This document shows, one piece after another, positions 63,993-64,000 of a DNA stretch of 64,000 nucleotides. The position numbers and the translations under genes are program-made. The stretch comes from Eledone cirrhosa (taxonomy: Eukaryota). Position 1 is the first letter of the stretch. The number at the start of each line of letters is the position of its first letter. The DNA lies in contig CAXHJY010001064.1 of the NCBI GenBank assembly GCA_964016885.1, positions 10,789 through 74,788 on the forward strand, in the 5' to 3' direction. A model generated the notes under the pieces. It did no database searches and had not been told where the DNA came from. It worked only from the letters and a program-made list of their open reading frames with translations.

Positions 63993-64000
63993 ATGTGTGT
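60755..64000 (+). mobile_element. Penelope copy D: inverted pLTR (60755-~61230), GIY-YIG 3' end (61300-61629), AT/TG-rich 3' UTR running off the window
   Basis: ORF 61261-61629 (YIGATSNNFKTRYNTHKHSFKN...CRLCSQE...LLNKRQELIISCNH). UTR similarity to copy A around 62760-62820. Confidence 0.8.
60804..60958 (-). ncRNA. Type I hammerhead ribozyme (long stem II)
   Basis: ttcattattt-CTGAAGA-cggcgtatatatg...catatataccct a-GAAAC-gatc-GTT-aaatagtgaa. Confidence 0.78.

Overview
This is AT-rich eukaryotic DNA made almost entirely of repeats, most likely from a cephalopod such as Octopus (inferred from the SINE/RTE/microsatellite landscape). No host gene is confidently identifiable. The first ~37 kb holds decayed LINEs (RTE, CR1, Tx1/L1, HERO-like, R4/Dong), tRNA-derived SINEs, hAT, piggyBac and mariner MITEs, and mini/microsatellites. 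37.5-44.1 kb is a near-identical 3551-bp tandem duplication of an RTE LINE whose RT carries an inserted PHD finger. 44.1-46.2 kb is the 5' half of a second RTE family. 46.4-64 kb is a nest of Penelope-like elements (RT + C-terminal GIY-YIG) inserted in (TA)n. The most notable signal is a cluster of type I hammerhead ribozyme motifs (8 full-length plus 1 truncated, three sequence families, both strands) in 46.4-61 kb. All have palindromic minimal stem III and a non-Watson-Crick 10.1-11.1 pair, and the Penelope family has a ~100-116 nt branched stem II. In two copies a SINE sits in the ribozyme's stem I and its target-site duplication rebuilds the ribozyme. All structures were read by eye; none was computed or tested.
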